Counted from the stretch's first letter, positions 8,537 to 17,624 are shown. The stretch: DNA of 32,000 nucleotides from Thermoproteus tenax Kra 1 (GCF_000253055.1 NC_016070.1:630001-662000), one strand, 5' to 3'. The notes: generated from the letters alone by a model not told the origin. Program-made: numbers and translations.

Positions 8537-9149
8537 GGTCTCTCTCATAGATCTCTCCCCTCGGGCTCCTCTCTTTGAATAGCTGCGCCTCAAATACATA
8601 GATCTTTGTCCTATCATCGAGCCAACAGTCTGCGTGCAACCACGCCTTAAGACAGCTGTGGCTTAGGAATTCCTCAGTCGTCCAACACTCCTCAACGGGC
8701 ACTTGTGGAAGCAGCAGGCCTGAATAAAAACCCCTCTTTACCACTAAGCCGTGTGTGCCCACCTCCACGTTGGTGAGGTACTCCTTAGGCTTGACGTTCA
8801 ACAAACGCAATGGGCTCAGTACCGAGACCTCGAACACCACAGAGTCAACCTCATCTAGGGTCATAGCGGGGAACCGGGGGTCTTGGCAACACGCAGCTAG
8901 AGCGCTGTAGAGCGTTGCATACGCGACGTTCCTATACCCCTCGGGGTAGCCTATACACCCTCTTAACTCTAGTCTCTCCCCAGTCACTTTCTCTATAGTC
9001 GTAAAAACACCGTAGTTGTCCTCCAGAAGCCTCGGAGGGGTATCGGGCGGCGGCTCTATTATCCTCCCGCTCCTTAGATACTCCTCCACCGCTCTTCTGG
9101 CCAACTTGACAAGGAAAGCGCCCTCCTCCAATGAATAGGGCTTGAACAC
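8484..9149 (-). CDS. AMMECR1-domain protein
   Basis: The hallmark 'LRGCIGYPEG' plus 'PRFP' and 'LLLPQV' motifs. About 220 aa. Confidence 0.8.
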   Translation of the reverse strand: MFKPYSLEEGAFLVKLARRAVEEYLRSGRIIEPPPDTPPRLLEDNYGVFTTIEKVTGERLELRGCIGYPEGYRNVAYATLYSALAACCQDPRFPAMTLDEVDSVVFEVSVLSPLRLLNVKPKEYLTNVEVGTHGLVVKRGFYSGLLLPQVPVEECWTTEEFLSHSCLKAWLHADCWLDDRTKIYVFEAQLFKERSPRGEIYERDLKEELSRCPRYREGSST

Positions 9150-9194
9150 GAAATTACTGTGGAACTCTTATAAACACTTTTCTGCACCTCGTTT

Positions 9195-9437
9195 GTGCCC
9201 CGTTGCACCGTCTGTGGCCGCGACGTCAATTTGGCCAATGTAGCATACATCAGAGGCAGTATATTTGTATGCGATGAGTGTTTCCCTCAGTACTACGTGA
9301 GGGAGGTGTGTAGAGTCACGCAGAGGAGGATAAGAGGCGAGAGTCCGCTGGCATGTCTCTACTGCAAATATAAGAGCGTTTGCGATGAGCATATAGCTAA
9401 CCTGTCCAGAGCTCTCAAGAGCCTACCTAAGCCCTAA
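9195..9437 (+). CDS. Small Cys-rich (zinc-ribbon-like) protein, 80 aa
   Basis: 'CTVCG', 'CDEC' and 'CLYC...C..H' cysteine pairs. I prefer it to the antisense ORF 9168..9392, which has no motifs. Confidence 0.45.
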   Translation: MPRCTVCGRDVNLANVAYIRGSIFVCDECFPQYYVREVCRVTQRRIRGESPLACLYCKYKSVCDEHIANLSRALKSLPKP

Positions 9438-10582
9438 CGGCGACGTAGGAGCGCAAGGAAAAAGCCAGGCGCATCGAAGTGTGTAGGCATAGATCTCCTG
9501 CAGAGGGGGCACGCCCCCCATCCGTGGACTGATCTTGGCGGATCAATATCCAAGACCTCAAGCCCCAGTTCTCTGGTCGCCCACGTTATATTCTCCTCGT
9601 TCTCTTGATATGTCAGAGTGCAAGTTGAATAGATGATATACCTGGCAATGCGAGAGGCGACGGACAAAAACTGCCTCTGATATCTGGCCAGAGTTTCAAC
9701 GTCAATCATAGTGACTGTGTGGCCGAGCTTGGGCCTCACGCCAAGATCTGTACAGGGCGGATCCACTAGGGCTATCTCGGCCTTGAGACGGGGGAAGTCT
9801 CTGTCGAGGTAGCGGCTGTCGTGTTCCAGTAGATCGATCAACGAGGTAAGCCCGAGCCGCTCGGCGTTCTCTCTTATTTTGTCCACCTTAGGCCTCGATC
9901 TATCCACTGCGATTACTCTTATCCCGTATTGTGCCAAATGTGTAGTCTTTCCCCCCGGCGATGAGTTCAAATCGATCGCAGTGCTTGCGCCGAGGGCCCG
10001 CGCTATGAGGCCCACCCACATGGCTGGATAGCTTTGATCGTAGAAATAGCCTAGCCTATATTCATCCAGCTCTCTCAGTTTCGGCGCCTTGTACACGCTC
10101 ACCAGAGTCCTCACGGCTAGTCCACGTCTAGTTTTGAGCATGGCGTCGCCGTCCATCTCCGCAATACCGTAGGCCACGAGCTGGCCATCTGGGGAGACCA
10201 CATTGACCTCATCGCCTGCCTTGACGCTCGGGGCCTTGAGGACTCCAGGCGCGTAGAGGTCCGCGCCCATATATACGCTCTCCGCAGCTCTCTTCTCGGC
10301 GACAACGCGCCGCCTTACCTCGGGTACTTTGAAGGGGCCTTGCACAGGGATCCACAGAGCCTCGCCGATATGTTCGTCACGTCTCACCTCTATATTCCTC
10401 GATAGAGCTGAGAGCAGAGCCTCCGGAGTGATCTTAGAGGTGTTGACTCTGATATAGTATCTTGAGGGGGGCCTTTTTGCGAGCTCGAACAACGCCTCGA
10501 GTTCCCTCTCCGATAGAAACTCCAAAAGATGTTTATACAATAAATAATCTAAGCGAATTCCATTAAAATCTATAAAATCCAT
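9434..10582 (-). CDS. PUA-domain RNA cytosine-C5 methyltransferase (NOL1/NOP2/Sun family)
   Basis: m5C MTase motif IV 'VDPPCTDLG' and motif VI 'YSTCTL'. SAM site 'DLNSSPGGKT'. PUA-like segment 'GADLYAPGVL...GDEVNVVSPDGQLVAYG'. Confidence 0.8.
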   Translation of the reverse strand: MDFIDFNGIRLDYLLYKHLLEFLSERELEALFELAKRPPSRYYIRVNTSKITPEALLSALSRNIEVRRDEHIGEALWIPVQGPFKVPEVRRRVVAEKRAAESVYMGADLYAPGVLKAPSVKAGDEVNVVSPDGQLVAYGIAEMDGDAMLKTRRGLAVRTLVSVYKAPKLRELDEYRLGYFYDQSYPAMWVGLIARALGASTAIDLNSSPGGKTTHLAQYGIRVIAVDRSRPKVDKIRENAERLGLTSLIDLLEHDSRYLDRDFPRLKAEIALVDPPCTDLGVRPKLGHTVTMIDVETLARYQRQFLSVASRIARYIIYSTCTLTYQENEENITWATRELGLEVLDIDPPRSVHGWGACPLCRRSMPTHFDAPGFFLALLRRR

Positions 10583-10909
10583 TTAGGATTTCTTTACTAT
10601 TTGAACAAGAACTTCTTTTGCTTTTACTGTAGGATTTGACCTAACGATACGCCAGAGTTCTGATCTCTCGTCTAAGACGTATCGGTAGCTCTTGTTCTTG
10701 CCGAGACCCTCAGTGCTCGCCTTGAGCAAGTTCTGGTCGGATAACTTCTTCAACAGCCTGGCTGCTCTGAGGATGACCTTGTGATCGGAGCCGAGGCCTA
10801 TCATTTTGGCCAGCGATGCCGCCTTGACGCTGACCACGCGACCCTTGGAACTTTTAATAAGCGAGATTAATGCCTCAACCAAACGCCTCTCTACGTCTTC
10901 CAAATTCAT
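10583..10909 (-). CDS. Hypothetical small basic protein (108 aa), possibly winged-helix
   Basis: It abuts the start of the methyltransferase directly (stop 10583-10585, ATG 10582), implying an operon. The family assignment is a guess. Confidence 0.5.
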   Translation of the reverse strand: MNLEDVERRLVEALISLIKSSKGRVVSVKAASLAKMIGLGSDHKVILRAARLLKKLSDQNLLKASTEGLGKNKSYRYVLDERSELWRIVRSNPTVKAKEVLVQIVKKS

Positions 10910-11027
10910 ATGGGCGCCTCCTCGTGGATTTTTAAGTTTTCACTTTATATATGTCCAAAATTAATTACAGAAGTTCAGTTAAAAACTTTTTCTATTTAAA
11001 GACAGATTTGTTTTCGGCATCTAGCTA

Positions 11028-12136
11028 TTATCTAGATGATAGAATACGTCGAATGTTTCTATCCAATGGCTGAGTTATCACGCCCCTCTCTGTTATTATC
11101 GCCGTTATATATTTAGGCGGCGTTTCGTCGAAGACGGGGTTATAGACGTCTATGTCGGGCATAGTGACGTAGACCTTACCTTGGGAGGTTCTTACAGTCC
11201 TCACCTCATCTGGATCGCGCTCTTCTATCTTTACTTCCTCTGGCTTGTGTTCAAAATCGAACGTGCTCATGGGCGCAGCCACGTAGAACGGTACGCCGAA
11301 CTCATGCGACAAGACGGCCTCGTTGAGCGTTCCTATCTTGTTGTAGACAGTGCCGTCGGCCAGAATTCTATCGGCGCCCACTATAACTAGGTTCACTAGT
11401 CTCCGTCTCAACACGAGACCCACCGCAGTGTCTGCTATCACCTTGACCTTCACTCCGTTCTCCTTGAGCTCGTAGGCTGTGAGCCTAGCCCCTTGTTGCC
11501 AAGGCCGCGTCTCAGGCACGTATACTCCGATGTCAAGGCCAAGATGTTTAGCCACATATATAGGCGCCGTGGCTGTTCCCAGAGCGCCAGTAGCCAAACT
11601 GCCTGCGTTGCACTGAGTCAAAATCCAGTCCCCAGATTGTATCAGTTGCACGCCGTAGACGCCCATCCTTACCTCTGCGTCAAACTCCTCCTCGAAAACT
11701 CTGTCGGCCTCCCTTATCAACTCCTCCCTTAGTTCGCCCACCTTTCTAACGTGGCCCTCCTGGACTAGCTGTCTGGCTTTCGTCAACATCCTGTTCAGAG
11801 CCCAGAACAGGTTCTGTGCTGTCGGCCTAGTCTTGGCCAACTTATCTTTGGCTGCCTCAAGAGCCTTCATGGCGTCCTCAAGATTATCATACTGCCTTCC
11901 ACTAACGCGAGGGCCATGCCGTAGGCGGGCGTTATGCCTATGGCTGGAGCGCCTCTCACAGCCATGCTCTTTATAGCGTCAGCGACTCCGTCCACAGTCT
12001 TGAGCTCTAGGTACTTGGTCTCAAAAGGCAACAGCCTCTGATCCAACAACACTAGCCTATCGCCGTTCCATCTCACGACGGTGAGCTTTGGCCTATAGCT
12101 GGACTTGACCTCCTCGATCAATTTCTCCAAGTTCAT
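11028..12136 (-). pseudogene. mtnA: Methylthioribose-1-phosphate isomerase / aIF-2B-family protein (MtnA), split into 89-aa and 280-aa ORFs by a 1-nt frame change
   Basis: The N-terminal ORF (11867..12136) has 'LLDQRLLP...[14 protein letters not shown]'. The C-terminal ORF (11028..11870) has 'TRPTAQNLFWALNRM', 'CNAGSLAT' and 'VGADRI'. Together they make one family-length protein. The C-terminal frame stays open upstream through the junction. Confidence 0.8.
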
Positions 12137-12193
12137 ATGCCGAAGTTTTCTGTCGTATATAACGTCTATTCGACCTTCCGGCCAAACGCTCGA

Positions 12194-12781
12194 TCAAGGA
12201 GGGCGGCAGTGGTCCCTCAGCGCTTTCCTTATAATGGCGAGGTTTCTATATGTCTCGTAGTTGGCCGGCATCCGCCGAGATAGCCTCTGCAACACTTGGT
12301 CGCAGTTTTCCACTTTGGAGCAGAAGCACTGATAGTCCGGACACTCGGACAACGCCTCGGCAACTCTGTCGTCCATCTCCATCAAGGCCGCCACGAGATA
12401 GGCCAGCGATCTCGCAAAAGCCAGAGACATGGCGTTGACCAGTTCATCGATAGATAGAAAGACGTAGTCCGGCAATGTTATAACGGCCACCTCCAGCTCG
12501 TCGGCCAGCCTTTTGGCAGACTCGTCGGCATAGCCTCTGCTTATAATGAGCGGTTTTGCTCCTACTAGCTTGGCGTTTATATATGCCTGTCTTATGCCCG
12601 AGACGTCGACTTTGCCCGCCTTTATCTCAACTGCGTATAGGTTCTTCTGAGAGTCCTCAGCCAACACGTCTATCTCGCCGAGCTCTACTCCATCCTTTAT
12701 CACTTTATAGCGGTGCGCAAGGGGCGTGAGGCCTAGAGATGGGAGAAGGTCTAGCACGAACGTCTCGAATTTAACGCCCAT
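12194..12781 (-). CDS. PD-(D/E)xK nuclease-fold protein (Hjc/RecB-like core) with a C-terminal helical, Cys-containing extension
   Basis: 'GEIDVLAE...LYAVEIKAG' fits the D...E-x-K nuclease motif. ATG 12781 is preferred over TTG 12805 because of its distance to the TATA at 12812-12823. Confidence 0.5.
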   Translation of the reverse strand: MGVKFETFVLDLLPSLGLTPLAHRYKVIKDGVELGEIDVLAEDSQKNLYAVEIKAGKVDVSGIRQAYINAKLVGAKPLIISRGYADESAKRLADELEVAVITLPDYVFLSIDELVNAMSLAFARSLAYLVAALMEMDDRVAEALSECPDYQCFCSKVENCDQVLQRLSRRMPANYETYRNLAIIRKALRDHCRPP

Positions 12782-12811
12782 AGACGAATCTTTAATTGAG
12801 CCCAACGCCCT

Positions 12812-12823
12812 TAATAATTATTA
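12812..12823. promoter_or_regulatory. Perfectly palindromic TATA-like box TAATAATTATTA shared by two divergent genes
   Basis: A 12-nt perfect palindrome lies in the short gap between the divergent starts at 12781 (-) and 12842 (+), about 25 nt from GTG 12842. Confidence 0.4.
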
Positions 12824-12841
12824 CCCGGTCGGAGAAATATC

Positions 12842-13729
12842 GTGCTACCTTTGGAGCTCTTGAGCGAGCTGGTCCTCCAACCTCTAAAAGGGCTACTCGC
12901 ACACGAGCTAGCAGCCCGCGGTTACTCCCAAGGACGCATCGGGCATATACTCGGCGTTTCACAACCTGCGGTGAGCGCATACCTCAAGGTAGACAGAGAG
13001 AGCTACATGGCGCGGTTGGCCGAGGCCGGTATAATGAGAGACGAGGTTGAGAGAGTGCTAAAGGTCGTGGCCACTGCGGTCGAGCAGGGGAACTACTCAG
13101 ATGCCGTTGAATACATAAATAACTTTGCGCTTTCTCTTCTGTCCTCGTTAAGGCTCTGCGAGGCTCACAGATCGGTCGCGCCCTACCTTAAAGGTTGCGA
13201 TGTATGTAAAAATATATCTATATTTAATGAGGTAAAAAATAGAATAAATATTGCATTTAATATAATTAAAAATAATAGTAATACTATTTATCTTGTTCCC
13301 GAGGTTTTCATGAATATTGTCGAATTGAGCGATGAGGGGCCCATAGGATATCCCGGCAGGATCATAGTAGCTGGAGGGGCCCTCGTCAAGGTCGCTGAGC
13401 CACAACTGTGGGGATCTAGGTTCTTGGGCAAATTGATTATAGAAGTAAACAAAATTCATAAAAATATAAAATCAGTAATAAATATTAAAAATAATGATAA
13501 AATATTAAATTGTATTAATAAGAATTTTAAGTATACTATAGTGGGTCCGAGCAATTCGGAAGAGGAGACCATTGCCAATATTGTGTCGGCCATGAGGGAG
13601 TCCTACTACGACGTAGTTGTGGATAAGGGAGGTGTCAGCATAGAAAGCAATGCCTACGTCTTTGGCTATGATGCGCCCGATGTTGCCTCAAAAATAGTAA
13701 AAATTGCTCAATGTATTACTTATAATTGA
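12842..13729 (+). CDS. HTH DNA-binding domain fused to a ThiN-like (thiamine-phosphate-synthase-like) domain; ThiR-type regulator candidate
   Basis: N-terminal 'GYSQGRIGHILGVSQPAVSAYL' is a helix-turn-helix. The C-terminus has 'PEVFMNIVE', 'GYPGRI', 'INIKNN' and 'DKGGVSIESNAYVFGYD', resembling the ThiN pattern as I recall it. GTG start. Confidence 0.5.
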   Translation: MLPLELLSELVLQPLKGLLAHELAARGYSQGRIGHILGVSQPAVSAYLKVDRESYMARLAEAGIMRDEVERVLKVVATAVEQGNYSDAVEYINNFALSLLSSLRLCEAHRSVAPYLKGCDVCKNISIFNEVKNRINIAFNIIKNNSNTIYLVPEVFMNIVELSDEGPIGYPGRIIVAGGALVKVAEPQLWGSRFLGKLIIEVNKIHKNIKSVINIKNNDKILNCINKNFKYTIVGPSNSEEETIANIVSAMRESYYDVVVDKGGVSIESNAYVFGYDAPDVASKIVKIAQCITYN

Positions 13730-13834
13730 CGTTATTTATCTCTATATTTTTATTTAGTTATATATTAATAAAATATTTTTCTTTAATATCGAGGTCAGGG
13801 GATAAGCTTTTTAACTGTTTGACTGGCACGCGTC

Positions 13835-15400
13835 GTGACCGTTACTTACTCTTACGAGGCTCTGCCGGTAGCTGAGTGGTTCAGAAGGAATAGAGAGATA
13901 GCAGGTTTCCAGAATCCTGCAAGGGCGATGTACCAGACGGTCAGAGAGCTCGTTGAGAACAGTCTGGACGCCACAGAGCCCTACGGCATACTGCCCAATA
14001 TAATTGTAAGAATAAGCGCAGTCGATGAAACGCGCGGCTGGTTCTCGATATACGTAGAGGACAACGGCGTGGGAATACCGGGGAACGAAATACCCAATGT
14101 CTTCGGCAGAGTGTTCTACAGTTCTAAATATAAGATAAAACAACACAGAGGAGTCTTCGGTCTGGGCCTGAAGATGGTCGTGCTCTATGCGCAAAGCACC
14201 ACTAATAGGCCTATAGCCGTGAGATCCGCCTCAGTGCGCTCGGACAAAATATACGAGTACAAGCTGATGATAGACACCACTAAGAATGAGCCGATCATAG
14301 TGGATGTGAGAGAGTTTGAAAACAAGTACAAATGGCACGGTACAGCTGTCAAGGTAACTATAGAGGGCAATTGGCTGAACTCTAAGAAGAGGATAGAGGA
14401 GTATCTAAAGAGGACGGCGATAATTTCTCCATATTCCGAAATATACTTCAGCGGCCCCGATATGGAGCTTGCACTAAAGCGGAGGACTACGAAGATGCCG
14501 CCTCCGCCCAAGGAGGGCCTCCCTCACCCTAAGAGTGTAGATGTTGATACTGTAAAACAGATGATAGCAGATAACAGAGGCGCCACGCTCATCGAGCTGC
14601 TTATGAACAACTTCGATAGAGTTGGCGAGGGTCTCGCCAAGGCCTTCCTGGAGTGGGCCGGCTTGAGCCCCACTAGAAAGGCGGGCGGGCTCACTCAAGA
14701 GGAGATAGTGCATTTGGTGGAGAAAATGAAGACATATGACGGCTGGCTCCGCCCCAGAGCCGACTGGCTCTCGCCAGCGGGGCCCGAGCTGTTGGAGGTC
14801 GGAGCTAAATCGATTCTGGGCGCCGAGGCGGTCTTTGCGGTGACCAGGAAGCCGAGTAGCTACTCAGGTCATCCGTTCATAGTCGAGGCGGCGATAGCGT
14901 GGGGCGGACAGATCCCTCTAGTGGACAAGCCTATTCTATTGAGATATGCTAACTAGATACCTCTATTATACGACGAGGGCGCCGACGTTGCGAGAAAGGT
15001 CGTTGATGAGTTCAACTGGCAGAACTACAAAGTCAAGTTGCCTGCCCAATTGGCCGTCATCATACACATATGCTCCACTAAGGTGCCCTACGCCTCAGCA
15101 GGCAAGGAGGCCATAGCCGAGATACCCGAGATCGAGGAGGAGATGAAGTTGGCGCTTAGGGATGCCGCAAGGAAGCTTAGGCTTTACCTCTCAAGAAAGG
15201 AGCGCGAGCTTGAGCTGTTAAACAAGTACGTCTCCTTGGCTAAATACGTCGATGAGATAGCCGTCTCTCTGTCGGCTATAACCAACGTAGAGAGGAGCAA
15301 GATAGCGGCCTCCCTCTACAAGCTGATAGAAAACAAACTGGGCACAACGGCGGAGGAAATAGCGAAATACGTTGCATCAATAGCGGGCAATAAGGAGTGA
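13835..15400 (+). pseudogene. top6B: DNA topoisomerase VI subunit B, full length but interrupted by one in-frame TAG at 14954-14956
   Basis: GHKL motifs 'ELVENSLDA', 'DNGVGIP' and 'GVFGLGLK'. ORFs 13835..14956 and 15038..15400 share one frame with no other stop between them ('LLRYAN*IPLLYDEGADV'). The total of about 520 codons fits Top6B. Confidence 0.85.
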
Positions 15401-16503
15401 CAATGTCGCGTAAGGAGGTTCTCGAGAGGCTTGAGAGGTGGGCAGGCGGGATCGCCAAGACGATAGTGGAACTGAAGGAGCCCGTATTGGAAATACCGTC
15501 GAGGACTTTATCCAACACAATATGGGACGAGAAAAACAAGATACTTCGCCTAGGACCTGAGAAGCTCAAGCGCAGATTCTTGGACGTGAAAGAGTCGAGG
15601 AGGTTTATGCAGACCATGCTCATGCTCAAACTGATTGTGGAGGCCATAAGAGCCGATGTCTATCCGACGATACGCGATCTCTATTATAACGGCAAACACA
15701 CAATAATATACAAGGACTTCTTGGGCAGAGAGCACAAGGAGAACACGTGGGATGAGCAGGCGGAGTCCAACGGAGTGATAGAGGACATAGAGGTGGCCGC
15801 CAACATCCTGAGGGAGGAGATGGGAGTAAGCGCCGACGTAAAGGGCAAGGTGGTTGGCCCAATCGTCGTAAGATCGCAAGGCTATGAGCTAGACGCATCC
15901 AAGTTCGGAGAGACCGCTCTTAGCCTTCCAGTGAACGTCGACGCCCTCGAGATAGTGAAGGTGGAGGCCTCCTATGTCCTTGTCATAGAGAAGGACGCAA
16001 TATTCCAACGCTTGGTTAGAGAGAAGTTCTGGTCTCAAGAGAACGCCATATTGATAACCGCCAAGGGGATGCCCGACAGAGCGACAAGGCGTTTCGTCAG
16101 AAGGCTCAATGAGGAATACAAACTGCCAGTATACGTATTGACCGACGGCGATCCCTATGGAATCTATATATATTCAGTTTATAAGAGCGGCTCCATTAAA
16201 CTGAGCTACGAAAGCGAGAGGTTGGCGACGCCCAGGGCCAAGTTCCTCGGGGTGGCTCCTCTCGATATAGAGCGCTACAAAATACCCGACCAGTTTGTGA
16301 TCAGAGCAACTGAGAGGGACATAAAGAGGGCCCAAGAGCTCTTGAAATATCCTTGGTTCCAAAACGAGATCTGGAAGAAGGAGCTCGACTACTTCCTAAA
16401 GACTAAGAAGAAAGTGGAGATAGAGGCTCTGTCGGCGCATGGATTGAAATATCTACATGATTATATTAAAGATAAAATAAGAAATAACAAATTTATAGAT
16501 TAA
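15397..16503 (+). CDS. top6A: DNA topoisomerase VI subunit A (Spo11 homologue)
   Basis: Toprim 'VIEKDA' and 'LTDGDPYG', plus 'GMPDRATRRF'. The ATG overlaps the top6B stop (ATGA), and an SD-like 'AAGGAGTGA' sits just upstream. Confidence 0.9.
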   Translation: MTMSRKEVLERLERWAGGIAKTIVELKEPVLEIPSRTLSNTIWDEKNKILRLGPEKLKRRFLDVKESRRFMQTMLMLKLIVEAIRADVYPTIRDLYYNGKHTIIYKDFLGREHKENTWDEQAESNGVIEDIEVAANILREEMGVSADVKGKVVGPIVVRSQGYELDASKFGETALSLPVNVDALEIVKVEASYVLVIEKDAIFQRLVREKFWSQENAILITAKGMPDRATRRFVRRLNEEYKLPVYVLTDGDPYGIYIYSVYKSGSIKLSYESERLATPRAKFLGVAPLDIERYKIPDQFVIRATERDIKRAQELLKYPWFQNEIWKKELDYFLKTKKKVEIEALSAHGLKYLHDYIKDKIRNNKFID

Positions 16504-16613
16504 TTATATTTTTATTACACTATAATTGTTATATCTTAATATACAACTTGTATATACTCAAAGGGGCTATGTATATGCAATAAATAGTTATATATAGGGT
16601 TATAGGTAGAGGC

Positions 16614-17624
16614 ATGGAGGGCGAGGTCCGCAAGGTTCAGCTCACTGGAGGGGCCACTCTCATAGTGAGTCTTCCTAAAGAGTGGGCCCGGAGGATCAAC
16701 CTATCTCCTGGCGATGAAGTTCTCGTCGTTCCTCAGCCCGACAACACACTCGTGCTAATACCGCGTAAGCTCGGCTCGCGGTCATCGTTCACTGTAGAAC
16801 TGAGCGTCGATGAAAAGATGAGCACTGAGGAGCTCGAGAAGATCTTTATGTCCGTCTATATCGCCGGCGCTGAGGTTATAACTGTGAAGTTTTCCCCTAA
16901 GACGGCTCAATTCAGAAAGTTCTTGAAGGACTTCGTCCGAAGGAGGGTCATTGACATGGAGATCACCGAGGAGTCCAGCGATAGATTAGTGATACAGGCC
17001 ATGATAGCCACAACGGAGCTTGCCGTCAACGACATAACAACCAAGATGCTCAAACTTGCTGACAATATGCTCCTCGACTTAATAAAGGGCCTAGAGACCG
17101 ATAATATTGATCTATTGAAAGACGTAGCCGAAAGAGACGATGAGGTAGATAGGCTCTACTGGCTGATGGAGCGACAGCTGAAGAGGGCTGCTATGTCCCG
17201 CTATATAATGTTGGAGCTGAAGGTTGAAGATCCGCGCGATTTAGTTGAATATACTATTATTGCTAAATCTATTGAGAGGATCGCAGACCATATATGTAAA
17301 ATATCGTATATAAACCAGGAGGAAAAAATAGACTTGAGAGTAGTCAAGCCCATATTAGAGAGAGCTGTAGGATATATGGGGTCCGTATTGGAGCTATTGA
17401 GCGGAGGCTTCGATGATATAAGGATAGCTACACTATACAAGGAGCTGACTAACTGGACTTTGAAGATCAGAAAAGAGGTGGACTTCTCAGATCCTGCCAC
17501 ATCGTTGGCCAGAGACAGTGCGGTGAGGATCAACGAGTACATAAGCGATATCTTGGAGTCCCTGCTACATATAAAATTCAAGAGCTTCCAAAAGTTCGGA
17601 GGCGGTGCGCCTCAACTGCAATAG
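16614..17624 (+). CDS. AbrB/SpoVT-type DNA-binding domain fused to tandem PhoU-like domains (phosphate-uptake-regulator-like)
   Basis: 'LTGGATLIVSLPKEWARRINLSPGDEV' is an AbrB swapped-hairpin motif. It is followed by helical 'RDDEVDRLY' and 'SIERIADH' PhoU-type repeats. Confidence 0.75.
   Translation: MEGEVRKVQLTGGATLIVSLPKEWARRINLSPGDEVLVVPQPDNTLVLIPRKLGSRSSFTVELSVDEKMSTEELEKIFMSVYIAGAEVITVKFSPKTAQFRKFLKDFVRRRVIDMEITEESSDRLVIQAMIATTELAVNDITTKMLKLADNMLLDLIKGLETDNIDLLKDVAERDDEVDRLYWLMERQLKRAAMSRYIMLELKVEDPRDLVEYTIIAKSIERIADHICKISYINQEEKIDLRVVKPILERAVGYMGSVLELLSGGFDDIRIATLYKELTNWTLKIRKEVDFSDPATSLARDSAVRINEYISDILESLLHIKFKSFQKFGGGAPQLQ

Noticed and set aside
16504-16613. A/T-rich intergenic tracts (2069-2153, 10910-11027, 13730-13834, 16504-16613, 24182-24301) as replication origins
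   Set aside because: Each sits directly upstream of a gene start and looks like an ordinary promoter region. I found no ORB or mini-ORB-like repeated inverted elements (TCCA...TGGAAA type), and there is no adjacent cdc6/orc1 gene.
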